From Alphaproteobacteria bacterium (GTDB lineage Bacteria; Pseudomonadota; Alphaproteobacteria; RF32; CAG-239): DNA of 64,000 bases. This document shows, piece by piece, positions 55,834 to 63,839 of this stretch. A program made the translations under genes and the position numbers. Below the pieces are notes generated by a model, which did not search any database, was not told where the DNA came from, and worked only from the letters and a program-made list of their open reading frames with translations. The stretch spans positions 53,700-117,699 of the forward strand of contig JAZULC010000018.1 of NCBI GenBank assembly GCA_045643605.1, written 5' to 3'. The stretch's first letter is position 1; each line of letters opens with the position of its first letter.

Positions 55834-58641
55834 TTAAATTAGCTTCCATCTAAATGTAAATAATTGTTCTTGCGTTATTTTAGCGTTCATATGTTGACGC
55901 AGATTCTCAATGAGTTCTTTACGTTCCAACTCAATTTCATCTTCAACATCAAAGATATTCTGCCTTAAGCGCCTTTGTTTGCGCTCCAAAGCCGCAATCT
56001 CTTCTTCTAACACAACTTTTCTTTCTATATTTTCTACAGCCCGAACTTCTCTTTGTAAAGACTTAATTTTACTTTTTGTATCTCTTAATTCCTTCTCGGC
56101 TGCATATAACTTATCGTCGGTATAACGATCGATTTTATCACTTTCTTCTTGGAAAAATGCATTATTTCTGTTTTCGGAAAGCCGTTTTGTCTTCTCAATG
56201 TTGTCGTTTTGAACTTTGGTCAGGTTCTTTTCTTCAATATCAAGAAGATCACGTTCTTTTGAAACGCTGGCAACATCCAATTTGATCATTTCTTCTAACG
56301 TTTCGGAATCAACATTGTTCTGGAAATTATCAATACCAGACAGAACCAAATACTCCTCCTCTTCAAAGCTCTTAATCTTGAGTAAATGGCACGTACACCA
56401 ACCAGTTATACGCTCATCACACATTTTTTGAAGATAACTGTGTTTCCGTGGACTATTTGTTACATTGAAAACAAGCTCATCCAAATTGCTTGTATCGCTG
56501 TTTTTAGCCGTTGATAATATTTTTTCTCCAAGCGGATGGGACAATCTCAGGATTACATCATTACTTAAATCAATATGTTTATCAGTTTGGGTTATAAAAT
56601 AGTACTTCTGGCACATTCCTAATTGTTTGTTTTTCAAGGTAAATGACAACTCATAATCATCAAAATCACCGTCATCCTTGAGAATCGTCTTAGCCAAACG
56701 CCAAAACATTTCCTGCCGTTCGCTAAGCTGTATTTTTGTTTCTTCCAAACTGACTTTTAATCTTTGATGAACCGATGCGTCAAATTCATTCAACAGTTTC
56801 TGCTTTGTCTGGCGCATTTTCTTATCAATGCTTTCTTCCATTTCTTTTTGTAAAGCATCAAAAGCAGCTTCTATCTCTTTGTTAGTTCGGCAGGTTTGAT
56901 AGATATTGAGGATCTTCTTTTCAAAGTCGACACCATCTTCTATACTTCCAAGAATTTCGTCTGAAGCTCCAAAAACACCTTCAAACAGTTTGAATTTTTC
57001 GCTTAATAACTCAAAGACTCGCCGATCTGCTGGGTTTTTCTTGTTTACAAAGTTGATTACCACAACATCAAACTTTTGTCCGTAACGATGACATCTTCCA
57101 ATTCTTTGTTCAACACGCTGAGGATTCCACGGTAAATCATAGTTTATAAGCAAAGAACAGAACTGCATATTAAGACCTTCTGCACCAGCTTCAGTGGCAA
57201 TCATAATCTCAGCTTTGTTTTTGAACTCATCCATAAGATCATTACGTTTTAATTTGTTGCCACCGTAGAATTGTACAATCTTACCGTTATAGCCGTGAGC
57301 ACTTAAGTATTCGAAGAGGTACTTCTGTGTACGTCGGCTTTCTGTAAATATTAACGCTTTTCTAGGAGCTCCCATCTTTTCCATTTCAGCAAAACCAATT
57401 TCAATGGCTTTTAATAATTCAACTGTTTTGTTATCATATTTGATCGTACTTGCTAATTTTAAATAACCTTCAATCTGTTCAATTTCGTGATCCAATTGCT
57501 CCATATCTATTGATGAATCTTCTTTTTCAACAGTTTCTTCAATTTCTTCTGGAGATTGTTCATCATCAAGATCAGCTTCAGCAATCAAATCCTCAAGTAT
57601 TTCATCTTCTTGTTCAGTTTGTTGACCTGCTTTTAACTTCTTTAATCTTTCCAACATGGTAGAAAACGTACCGTATATGGCATTTGATGAAGAAGCCAGC
57701 AATTTATACAGAATCAGTGATATTAAATGTCTTTGTCTTGGTGGTATAGCATACAAATTTTCATTTTTTAGAAATTGAGCAACCTCTTCATATAGCTTTT
57801 GTTCGTCCTGTGAAGGTACAAATGGAAACGTAATCGGTTTTCTTTGTGTGTATCTAATATATTCCAGCACATTGGAACGTAGCGTTCTTCTGCAGAAACA
57901 TTGCAATCTTTTCTTTAAGGATTCATAACCAACAGCAGACGTAACATATTGCATTCTAAATGATCTGTCATCACCGAATATATTATCATCAATCAAACTG
58001 CTTAAACCATATAATTCCATTAAAGAGTTTTGCAAAGGTGTAGCTGTCAATAGAAGTTTTTTACGATCTTTCAATGCACGAGATATCACTTGTCCAGTTT
58101 TATTGCTTTCTTTATATACGTTACGTAGCTTATGCGCTTCATCAAAAACCACCAGATCCCAAGCTACGGTTATTAAATCCTGTTCAATTTTTGCAGCCAT
58201 ATTATAGGATATTATAATCACTTTATCCGTTAAGGACAACAATTTGGGAATATAATTCTTTCTTTCCAGAATAACGGCATCCAAACTAAACTTCTCTTCT
58301 AATTCAGTTTTCCATTGCTCTCTGAGTGACGCTGGACATATTACCAGTAGATGACGTTTCCTTTCTGCCCAGTACTGACATAAGACAATACCAGCTTCAA
58401 TAGTTTTTCCGAGACCAACTTCATCAGCCAAAATTGATCCTTTAGAAAGTGGTGATTGCAAAGCAAAGGAAGCAGCTTCAATCTGATGAGGATTCAAATC
58501 GACTTGTGCGTCCATCAAAGCCTGAGAAAGACGTCCTAAATTATTATCCTTGTTAAGCCGTGTCAATTCATAAGCAAAATATTTAGCTTGTTGTTTAGTT
58601 AAAATATCTTTATGTAACAGATTTTGAACCATAGTAATCAT
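55834..58641 (-). CDS. SNF2-family helicase with a ~390-aa C-terminal extension whose last ~150 aa look coiled-coil-rich (DISARM DrmD-like)
   Basis: ADEVGLGKTIEAG Walker A, VVFDEAHKLRN, LLLTATPLQNSL and DLPWNPQRVEQRIGRCHRYGQ motifs. The longest ORF starts at a TTG at 58677; ATGs at 58641 and 58632 are more plausible. Confidence 0.9.
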   Translation of the reverse strand: MITMVQNLLHKDILTKQQAKYFAYELTRLNKDNNLGRLSQALMDAQVDLNPHQIEAASFALQSPLSKGSILADEVGLGKTIEAGIVLCQYWAERKRHLLVICPASLREQWKTELEEKFSLDAVILERKNYIPKLLSLTDKVIIISYNMAAKIEQDLITVAWDLVVFDEAHKLRNVYKESNKTGQVISRALKDRKKLLLTATPLQNSLMELYGLSSLIDDNIFGDDRSFRMQYVTSAVGYESLKKRLQCFCRRTLRSNVLEYIRYTQRKPITFPFVPSQDEQKLYEEVAQFLKNENLYAIPPRQRHLISLILYKLLASSSNAIYGTFSTMLERLKKLKAGQQTEQEDEILEDLIAEADLDDEQSPEEIEETVEKEDSSIDMEQLDHEIEQIEGYLKLASTIKYDNKTVELLKAIEIGFAEMEKMGAPRKALIFTESRRTQKYLFEYLSAHGYNGKIVQFYGGNKLKRNDLMDEFKNKAEIMIATEAGAEGLNMQFCSLLINYDLPWNPQRVEQRIGRCHRYGQKFDVVVINFVNKKNPADRRVFELLSEKFKLFEGVFGASDEILGSIEDGVDFEKKILNIYQTCRTNKEIEAAFDALQKEMEESIDKKMRQTKQKLLNEFDASVHQRLKVSLEETKIQLSERQEMFWRLAKTILKDDGDFDDYELSFTLKNKQLGMCQKYYFITQTDKHIDLSNDVILRLSHPLGEKILSTAKNSDTSNLDELVFNVTNSPRKHSYLQKMCDERITGWCTCHLLKIKSFEEEEYLVLSGIDNFQNNVDSETLEEMIKLDVASVSKERDLLDIEEKNLTKVQNDNIEKTKRLSENRNNAFFQEESDKIDRYTDDKLYAAEKELRDTKSKIKSLQREVRAVENIERKVVLEEEIAALERKQRRLRQNIFDVEDEIELERKELIENLRQHMNAKITQEQLFTFRWKLI

Positions 58642-58732
58642 CTTTTTGTTAAACCTGTTAAATAGTATAAAAGACAATCTTCTAAAACATTATTAATATT
58701 TGCCATAGAAATGTATTTTTGTAATTAATAGC

Positions 58733-58760
58733 TTGACAATTATCAACGTTTGTTTATCAT
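58733..58760 (+). promoter_or_regulatory. Candidate sigma70 promoter for the divergent 159-aa ORF
   Basis: TTGACA (58733-58738), 16-nt spacer, TATCAT (58755-58760). A TAGGAGA RBS lies upstream of the ATG at 58826. Confidence 0.35.
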
Positions 58761-58825
58761 AAGCCCTGTAAGTGAATTTAACCAAACTTGTCCCACTTCA
58801 AGCGGACTAAATAGGAGATTTTAAT

Positions 58826-59305
58826 ATGACTATACATTTTTTCGCTAAGCCTGATGAGCCTTGCACTCAAGATTTAGAAACATTTTTCAAAAATTTTGAC
58901 TTAATTCAACAGCATAAACAGCTAATTTTAGATACACCAGAATACTACAACATTCGCATTTCGGGATGTGGCGTTTTTGCTCTTTATATGCCATCGATAA
59001 GGCTTTCTATTGGTGAATTATTAAAGCTATGGAATGACACGGTATGGAAACAAGATGATAAATATTTTTATTGCATCACAGGCTCGCCTTTAAGCGGTGG
59101 TAATTCTTCAAAATACTGGTCACCTAAAACAGGATTTAAGAGTATGGAAACGCATACATTCAGCACACAAATTCGCAATGCATTGTGGTTACTTCAAACG
59201 GGTTCAACTGAAATTCAAAGCCGATGTACCGCAATTGATATCCCGAATCGAGATATCTCAAAACTTACGATAAATGATTTAATTGATGGTCTTAAAAAGC
59301 CGTAA
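58826..59305 (+). CDS. Hypothetical protein, divergent from the SNF2-MTase operon
   Basis: 159-aa ORF with a good RBS (AGGAGA) and a downstream hairpin terminator. I recognise no family. Confidence 0.5.
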   Translation: MTIHFFAKPDEPCTQDLETFFKNFDLIQQHKQLILDTPEYYNIRISGCGVFALYMPSIRLSIGELLKLWNDTVWKQDDKYFYCITGSPLSGGNSSKYWSPKTGFKSMETHTFSTQIRNALWLLQTGSTEIQSRCTAIDIPNRDISKLTINDLIDGLKKP

Positions 59306-59333
59306 CCATTAATTTTAATTTCAATATACAATC

Positions 59334-59370
59334 AAAAATGAATAAGAAGTGTTAAACTTATTCATTTTTT
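59334..59370. terminator. Bidirectional hairpin terminator between convergent genes
   Basis: AAAAATGAATAAG-(10 nt)-CTTATTCATTTTT: a 13-bp stem flanked by A and T runs. Confidence 0.65.
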
Positions 59371-59410
59371 TGATAACTTATTGAAAAATCAAGAGTTTTA
59401 TATTAGTTTT

Positions 59411-60397
59411 TTATTTCTTCTCTATTTTCTTTTCAATCGTTTTGAGCGATTCTAAATAATCTTTTTCAGCAGCACTCAAGGTTTTGGCTTGATATTTTTG
59501 ATATTCCTCTTTGGCTTTGTTGACGGCTTTTTGGTGAGATACAGAACCTGCACCTTGCAACAAATCTTCTCCTGTTGCTGTTAAAATCTTGTCTAAATGC
59601 TCAGCCCAATCTTTCATCGTCATTGCCTGATGGCGTTCCGCTTGGCGTTCAGCAAAATCTAAATACCCTGAAACAATTTGTCCCATCGTGCGCAGTTCTT
59701 TTTCATCTAAATAATTTTTAGCAATGACAGCATCTGATAAATGTGGTTCTTGCCCCTTAAAAGTTGTTAATCCCATAAATTCTTTTTGTGCATCAGCACG
59801 ACTGTAAATAATTTCAGCAGCCGTTTGGTGACTAACCGCATAATGGATCTTGTTTTGAACTTTTTTGAAGAACTCAACAGAGGTATCAGCATTCGGATCA
59901 TAATCTATACTGGTCGCATATATATCTAAAACCTGACGATAAAAAACCTTTTCGGATGCTCTAATATCCCGAATACGTTCCAAAAGTTCGTGCCAATATC
60001 CACCACCTCCGAGATTCTTCAAACGATCATCATCCATCGCAAAGCCTTTAATCATATATTCTTTTAAGATTTGCGTTGCCCAAATACGAAATTGCGTTCC
60101 ACGTAAAGATTTAACACGATAGCCAACGGAAATAATCACATCCAGATTGTAATATTTTACATTATAATCTTTGCCGTCAGAGGCAGTTGTCAAGAAATCC
60201 TTTACAACTGAATCTTCAACTAATTCCTGCTCTTTGAAGATATTTTGGATGTGAGAACTGATATTTTGTTTGGTTGTCTGCAGCAATTCGGCAATCTGTG
60301 CCTGATTGAGCCAAACCGTATCATTATCAATTTTGACATCAATTTTAGTTTTGCCATCTTGAGTTTGATAAATGATAATATTGTTTTCTTCAGTCAT
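59411..60397 (-). CDS. rhuM: RhuM-family (virulence/Fic-DOC-associated) protein
   Basis: The N-terminus IIIYQTQDGKTKIDVKIDNDTVWLNQAQIAELLQTTKQNISSHIQNIFKEQEL is the characteristic RhuM HTH region. 328 aa. Confidence 0.85.
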   Translation of the reverse strand: MTEENNIIIYQTQDGKTKIDVKIDNDTVWLNQAQIAELLQTTKQNISSHIQNIFKEQELVEDSVVKDFLTTASDGKDYNVKYYNLDVIISVGYRVKSLRGTQFRIWATQILKEYMIKGFAMDDDRLKNLGGGGYWHELLERIRDIRASEKVFYRQVLDIYATSIDYDPNADTSVEFFKKVQNKIHYAVSHQTAAEIIYSRADAQKEFMGLTTFKGQEPHLSDAVIAKNYLDEKELRTMGQIVSGYLDFAERQAERHQAMTMKDWAEHLDKILTATGEDLLQGAGSVSHQKAVNKAKEEYQKYQAKTLSAAEKDYLESLKTIEKKIEKK

Positions 60398-60407
60398 ATA
60401 CGTTCTC

Positions 60408-60854
60408 CTAATCTTTCAAACCCAATTCTTTACGGATTTGTTCTTTGAAATCCAGAATTTTTTTGCGGTTTTTATCTGATGTTTTTTCCCAATGCTTTTT
60501 ATAACTTTTTGCGCTTTCCATAATATCTTCAAACAATGTATAAAACTGCTCTCTAATCTTTACTGTTGCCCAAATTGTTTTAGGTTCTAATGCATTATAA
60601 AAATCTCTAGTATCTTCACTGATATACTTGTTACTTTTATATGTCCGAGCATCTTTTTCATAACGCATTATAAAATCATACATTTGTTCATAAATTTCTT
60701 CACGTTTATCGCGTATATGAACACTATCAGCGCGTTTATTGGTGAAGTAACTTTGGCATAAATTCAACAACCATCCTATAACAACACCAAGCAAGGTGAA
60801 TGTACCACCAATTATTACCGTATGATTTTCCTGATAAAATGTATTCCAATTCAT
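60408..60854 (-). CDS. Small single-TM protein, paralog 3 of a tandem triplet
   Basis: 148 aa. N-terminal TM helix (VIIGGTFTLLGVVIGWLL), IRDKREEIYEQ block and C-terminal IRKELGLKD. Confidence 0.6.
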   Translation of the reverse strand: MNWNTFYQENHTVIIGGTFTLLGVVIGWLLNLCQSYFTNKRADSVHIRDKREEIYEQMYDFIMRYEKDARTYKSNKYISEDTRDFYNALEPKTIWATVKIREQFYTLFEDIMESAKSYKKHWEKTSDKNRKKILDFKEQIRKELGLKD

Positions 60855-60884
60855 ATTCTAATCCCTTATACCAAGTTCTTTACG
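60843..60884. repeat. Conserved 42-bp gene-junction repeat, copy A
   Basis: ATTCCAATTCATATTCTAATCCCTTATACCAAGTTCTTTACG matches 61242-61283 at 41/42 positions, with a 399-bp period. It spans one paralog's stop and the next paralog's start. Confidence 0.9.
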
Positions 60885-61253
60885 CATTTGTTTCTTTAAT
60901 TTTTTTATTACATCAATGGTTTCAGAAGAAATTTCCCAGTGAGTTAAAGGTAAATCATTAAATATCCATAAAATTTTTTGCGATCCGTACATATTCAATA
61001 AAATTTCTATATGTTCAATATCGAATGGCTTTTTTTGAAATTTTTTATCAATTTTAGACAAGATCCACGAATTATATATTGGCATAAGGATAGTCAATAA
61101 TTGTTCGTAGACTTCTTCTCGTTTGTCCCGTATATGTTTTCTATCTTCTATAATAGATTTACGCCATTCAATAAACCACGTAAAACCAGCAGTAAGAAAA
61201 GCACCAAGAATAATACCAAAAGTTTGAGAAGATAAAAATTCATTCCAAGTCAT
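60858..61253 (-). CDS. Small single-TM protein, paralog 2 of a tandem triplet
   Basis: 131 aa. TM helix (FGIILGAFLTAGFTWFI), IRDKREEVYEQ block and C-terminal MRKELGIRD. Confidence 0.6.
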   Translation of the reverse strand: MTWNEFLSSQTFGIILGAFLTAGFTWFIEWRKSIIEDRKHIRDKREEVYEQLLTILMPIYNSWILSKIDKKFQKKPFDIEHIEILLNMYGSQKILWIFNDLPLTHWEISSETIDVIKKLKKQMRKELGIRD

Positions 61254-61283
61254 ATTCTAATCCCTTATACCAAGTTCTTTACG
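61242..61283. repeat. Conserved 42-bp gene-junction repeat, copy B
   Basis: See copy A. The single difference is G versus T at position 8. Confidence 0.9.
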
Positions 61284-61649
61284 AATAGCTTCAATTAATA
61301 CATCTTCGTGATTTCCTGTTTTATGTACAATATCATTATATATGTCTTTAATATTTTGAGTAGCATAAACATTCACATAGGGATACAAATCAGCGACCCA
61401 CGTATCCAAATCTGTTTGATATGTTGGGAAAGATTTTGATTTATTTAATTCAAAATAAGTACGAAGAATCCTACAATATGTTTCTTCTCTTTTTCTTTTA
61501 AGATATAACTCATCATCTCTTGTTTGTTTTTTAAGTTCTTGTTCTTTAATCATTTCAAATTGTGTAACCATTGTCTTATAGCTAGCAAAACTACCGATAG
61601 CTGCACCTATCAATCCAGAAGTTGCCGAAATAACGATTTCTATAAACAT
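61257..61649 (-). CDS. Small single-TM protein, paralog 1 of a tandem triplet
   Basis: 130 aa. TM helix (IVISATSGLIGAAIGSFA), KRKREETY block and C-terminal IRKELGIRD. Confidence 0.6.
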   Translation of the reverse strand: MFIEIVISATSGLIGAAIGSFASYKTMVTQFEMIKEQELKKQTRDDELYLKRKREETYCRILRTYFELNKSKSFPTYQTDLDTWVADLYPYVNVYATQNIKDIYNDIVHKTGNHEDVLIEAIRKELGIRD

Positions 61650-61967
61650 TACAATACCCTTTTTGTCCGTTATACATTCGTAGATTAAAGATCTTTTATA
61701 TTCCGAGAATTTTTACTAATCCCATAATCCCTAAATCCTGTTAAAATTTCTCAACTTGAAAGATAATACAGCTATATTATTATTTTTCTACTAAAAAACA
61801 CTAAATTCACCATTTACTTCAAAAGATTTGCCATATTTTGACGCTAATTTTGTTTTTATGATTAATAAATCTGATTTTTAGGAATTTTATATTACTGTTG
61901 TTTTTCGTGATTATTAAACAAAATAAAAATTTTTTTATTTTCCTAAATTTTCTGAGTTCTAAAATAT

Positions 61968-61993
61968 ATGCATATCACTAAACAGATGTGCAT
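61968..61993. promoter_or_regulatory. Imperfect inverted repeat upstream of the Xis-like ORF (candidate operator)
   Basis: ATGCATATC-(8 nt)-GATGTGCAT, 8/9 complementary, ending 37 bp before the ATG at 62031 in the divergent promoter region. Confidence 0.3.
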
Positions 61994-62030
61994 AAATCAA
62001 TGAAAACATTAAATTAAAGGAATTTATAAA

Positions 62031-62309
62031 ATGAAAAAAAGCAAAATTGATGAAATGCGTGAATTTCTCACTGAAACGTTACCTCCAATTATTGCCAGAT
62101 CAGAAGTCGAAAAATTAACGGGCGGACTTGTTAAACGTTCAACATTATCGTCATATGACAGCAAAGGACAAGGTGTATCAAATCCTATTAAATTTGCTTC
62201 GGTTGATGGTGTTCGTGGCAAAGTAGCTTACAGACGGGATGATTTAGTCAATTGGATTATAGATCGTATGGTTGTTGATGATACACCACCGCAACCTGCA
62301 ATCGCTTAA
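62031..62309 (+). CDS. Small DNA-binding protein, Xis/AlpA-like (candidate excisionase or regulator)
   Basis: 92-aa ORF convergent with and adjacent to the integrase. The IIARSEVEKLTGGLVKRSTLSSYDSKGQG segment resembles an HTH. The assignment rests on position and size. Confidence 0.5.
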   Translation: MKKSKIDEMREFLTETLPPIIARSEVEKLTGGLVKRSTLSSYDSKGQGVSNPIKFASVDGVRGKVAYRRDDLVNWIIDRMVVDDTPPQPAIA

Positions 62310-62312
62310 AAC

Positions 62313-62352
62313 AAAAAAAAGTCCAGAAACATCAAAATTTCTGGACTTTTTT
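62313..62352. terminator. Bidirectional terminator between the Xis-like gene and int
   Basis: A8-GTCCAGAAA-(8 nt)-TTTCTGGAC-T6. Confidence 0.7.
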
Positions 62353-62364
62353 ATATCAGACTAT

Positions 62365-63585
62365 TTAGGCAGCAATGTTGTTTATATTATCATTATCACC
62401 CAAATTTTTACTCATAACACTAATTGAAATATCAGCATCACTCATTTTATTCAATACAATTGCAGCACTCGATAAATTCTCTGGAGCCAGATGAGCATAA
62501 CGTTCTGTCATTCGAATACTTTTGTGTCCCATCAGTCTTTGTACAACATATAAAGCCACACCTTCTTGGACTAACCAACTAGCATATGTATGGCGAAGTG
62601 TATGGAAAACAACACGGTTTTTATCGTCTTTAATACCGTTATTCAATCCAAGATAATCGACTGCTCTGGCAAACGAATCTGATACCTCTTCAATTTTAGT
62701 ACCTTTTGTTGATTTAAATACATATTCACCATTTTGTAATGATTTTGCATTCAAAATACGACATACTTCATCCGTCATATTGGCAAAACGGTCTGAACCA
62801 TTTTTGGGATTACGTATTGCTATTTGTTTGGTTTCCATATTAACATCTTCACCCATTATATTAAAGATTTCACCAGCACGAAGCCCCATATGAAGTGAAA
62901 AGAGAGAGATTTCATACAACTGTTCACTACGTCTCCGTAATTCACTTAAAAGTTTTTTGGCTTCAACTGGTGTCAAAAAGCGTAATCTGTCATTGTTTAA
63001 CGTATATAATGTGAAATCGTCATACGGGTTAGTTCCAACAAATACTCCAGATTTTTTTGCACAATTAAAAATATAAGAAACAGTTACTATTGTTTTGTTT
63101 ATAGTTGCATTTGCTAATCCATCTTTCAGCATAGCTACGTTTACCTTTTTTAAATCACCAGATATAACGTCTTTTAGAGGTTTTTTACCAAATAATTTAT
63201 CATAGTATGTGTTGAAGTCGTGATTTTCCTGATTCTTTTTCTTTTCTTTCTTTTCATAAAGATAATTTTCCGTGTAACCTCCCAAAAACCATTCCCGAAA
63301 AGTCATAGATTCATTTCTTTTCTTGGTTTCCAATTCACGCTTTTCTCTTAATGATGTAGGATTTCCGTTTGCAAGTCTGATATTGCTTTTGATTTCGCAA
63401 AGAGTTTCCATCGCCTTAAGTTTAGTCATACCTTCTGAAGCCCAGCCTAAACCTTCTTCGATTCCTTTTTTATCTTTTTGATACCTGATTATATAATATC
63501 TATCTTTTGAAACGCCGTTTTTTCTTGTTTCGTGTTCTCTATAATAAACACCTTTATAATTTTTTGATTTAATGCGTTTTGGCAT
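62365..63585 (-). CDS. int: Tyrosine recombinase/phage-type integrase
   Basis: C-terminal catalytic blocks LRAGEI, HTLRHTYASWLV and GHKSIRMTERYAHL (R, HxxR, H, Y). 406 aa, located 183 bp from attR. Confidence 0.95.
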   Translation of the reverse strand: MPKRIKSKNYKGVYYREHETRKNGVSKDRYYIIRYQKDKKGIEEGLGWASEGMTKLKAMETLCEIKSNIRLANGNPTSLREKRELETKKRNESMTFREWFLGGYTENYLYEKKEKKKNQENHDFNTYYDKLFGKKPLKDVISGDLKKVNVAMLKDGLANATINKTIVTVSYIFNCAKKSGVFVGTNPYDDFTLYTLNNDRLRFLTPVEAKKLLSELRRRSEQLYEISLFSLHMGLRAGEIFNIMGEDVNMETKQIAIRNPKNGSDRFANMTDEVCRILNAKSLQNGEYVFKSTKGTKIEEVSDSFARAVDYLGLNNGIKDDKNRVVFHTLRHTYASWLVQEGVALYVVQRLMGHKSIRMTERYAHLAPENLSSAAIVLNKMSDADISISVMSKNLGDNDNINNIAA

Positions 63586-63614
63586 TGTTTTGATTCCTTT
63601 GTATTGTATGGAAC

Positions 63615-63644
63615 AATTTTATCCCAAGTCTGTCCCAAGATTTT
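63615..63644 (+). repeat. Island-internal 30-bp repeat, right copy (candidate integrase arm-type site, in the int upstream region)
   Basis: AATTTTATCCCAAGTCTGTCCCAAGATTTT. See the left copy at 45825-45854. Confidence 0.5.
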
Positions 63645-63768
63645 GGTTAAAACATATCAACGTAAATCATCACAAGTGCTCTTTTAAGGGATAATAACAA
63701 ATTGAGATGTCTACATTATTTAGAACATCTTTCAACACACAAAATCACAAATTTTTTTAATAAATCTT

Positions 63769-63839
63769 CGCATTCGTAATGCGTGGGTCAGGTGTTCAAA
63801 TCACCTAATCGGCACCAGATTTTTCAAGGGTTTTGAGAG
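63769..63839 (+). repeat. attR-type direct repeat (displaced tRNA-Thr 3' fragment)
   Basis: A 71-bp copy of 45734-45804 with an A at 63800. It lacks the tRNA 5' half, so it is not a functional tRNA. Confidence 0.9.

Noticed and set aside
52006-57662. Plus-strand ORFs of 60-100 aa antisense to the defence operon genes (for example 52006-52302, 53810-54019, 55910-56125 and 57450-57662)
   Set aside because: Each lies antisense within a long minus-strand ORF that has strong catalytic motifs, and none has a recognisable motif or RBS.
48071-58677. Calling the five-gene operon a class 1 DISARM system
   Set aside because: Only the SNF2 (DrmD-like) and adenine/N4-MTase (DrmMI-like) components have counterparts. 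No DUF1998 (DrmB) or PLD (DrmC) gene is present, and the helicase carries a PD-DxK nuclease typical of Type III Res. DISARM-like is therefore used only as a comparison.
60408-61649. Interpreting the three small TM proteins as a holin/lysis cassette of a prophage
   Set aside because: There is no endolysin, terminase, capsid or tail gene anywhere in the island, so the element is not a prophage. They are reported as uncharacterised paralogs.
63769-63817. A second tRNA gene at the right island end
   Set aside because: Only the 3' part is present, from the 5' strand of the anticodon stem onward. There is no acceptor 5' strand or D arm, so it is the displaced att fragment and not a tRNA.
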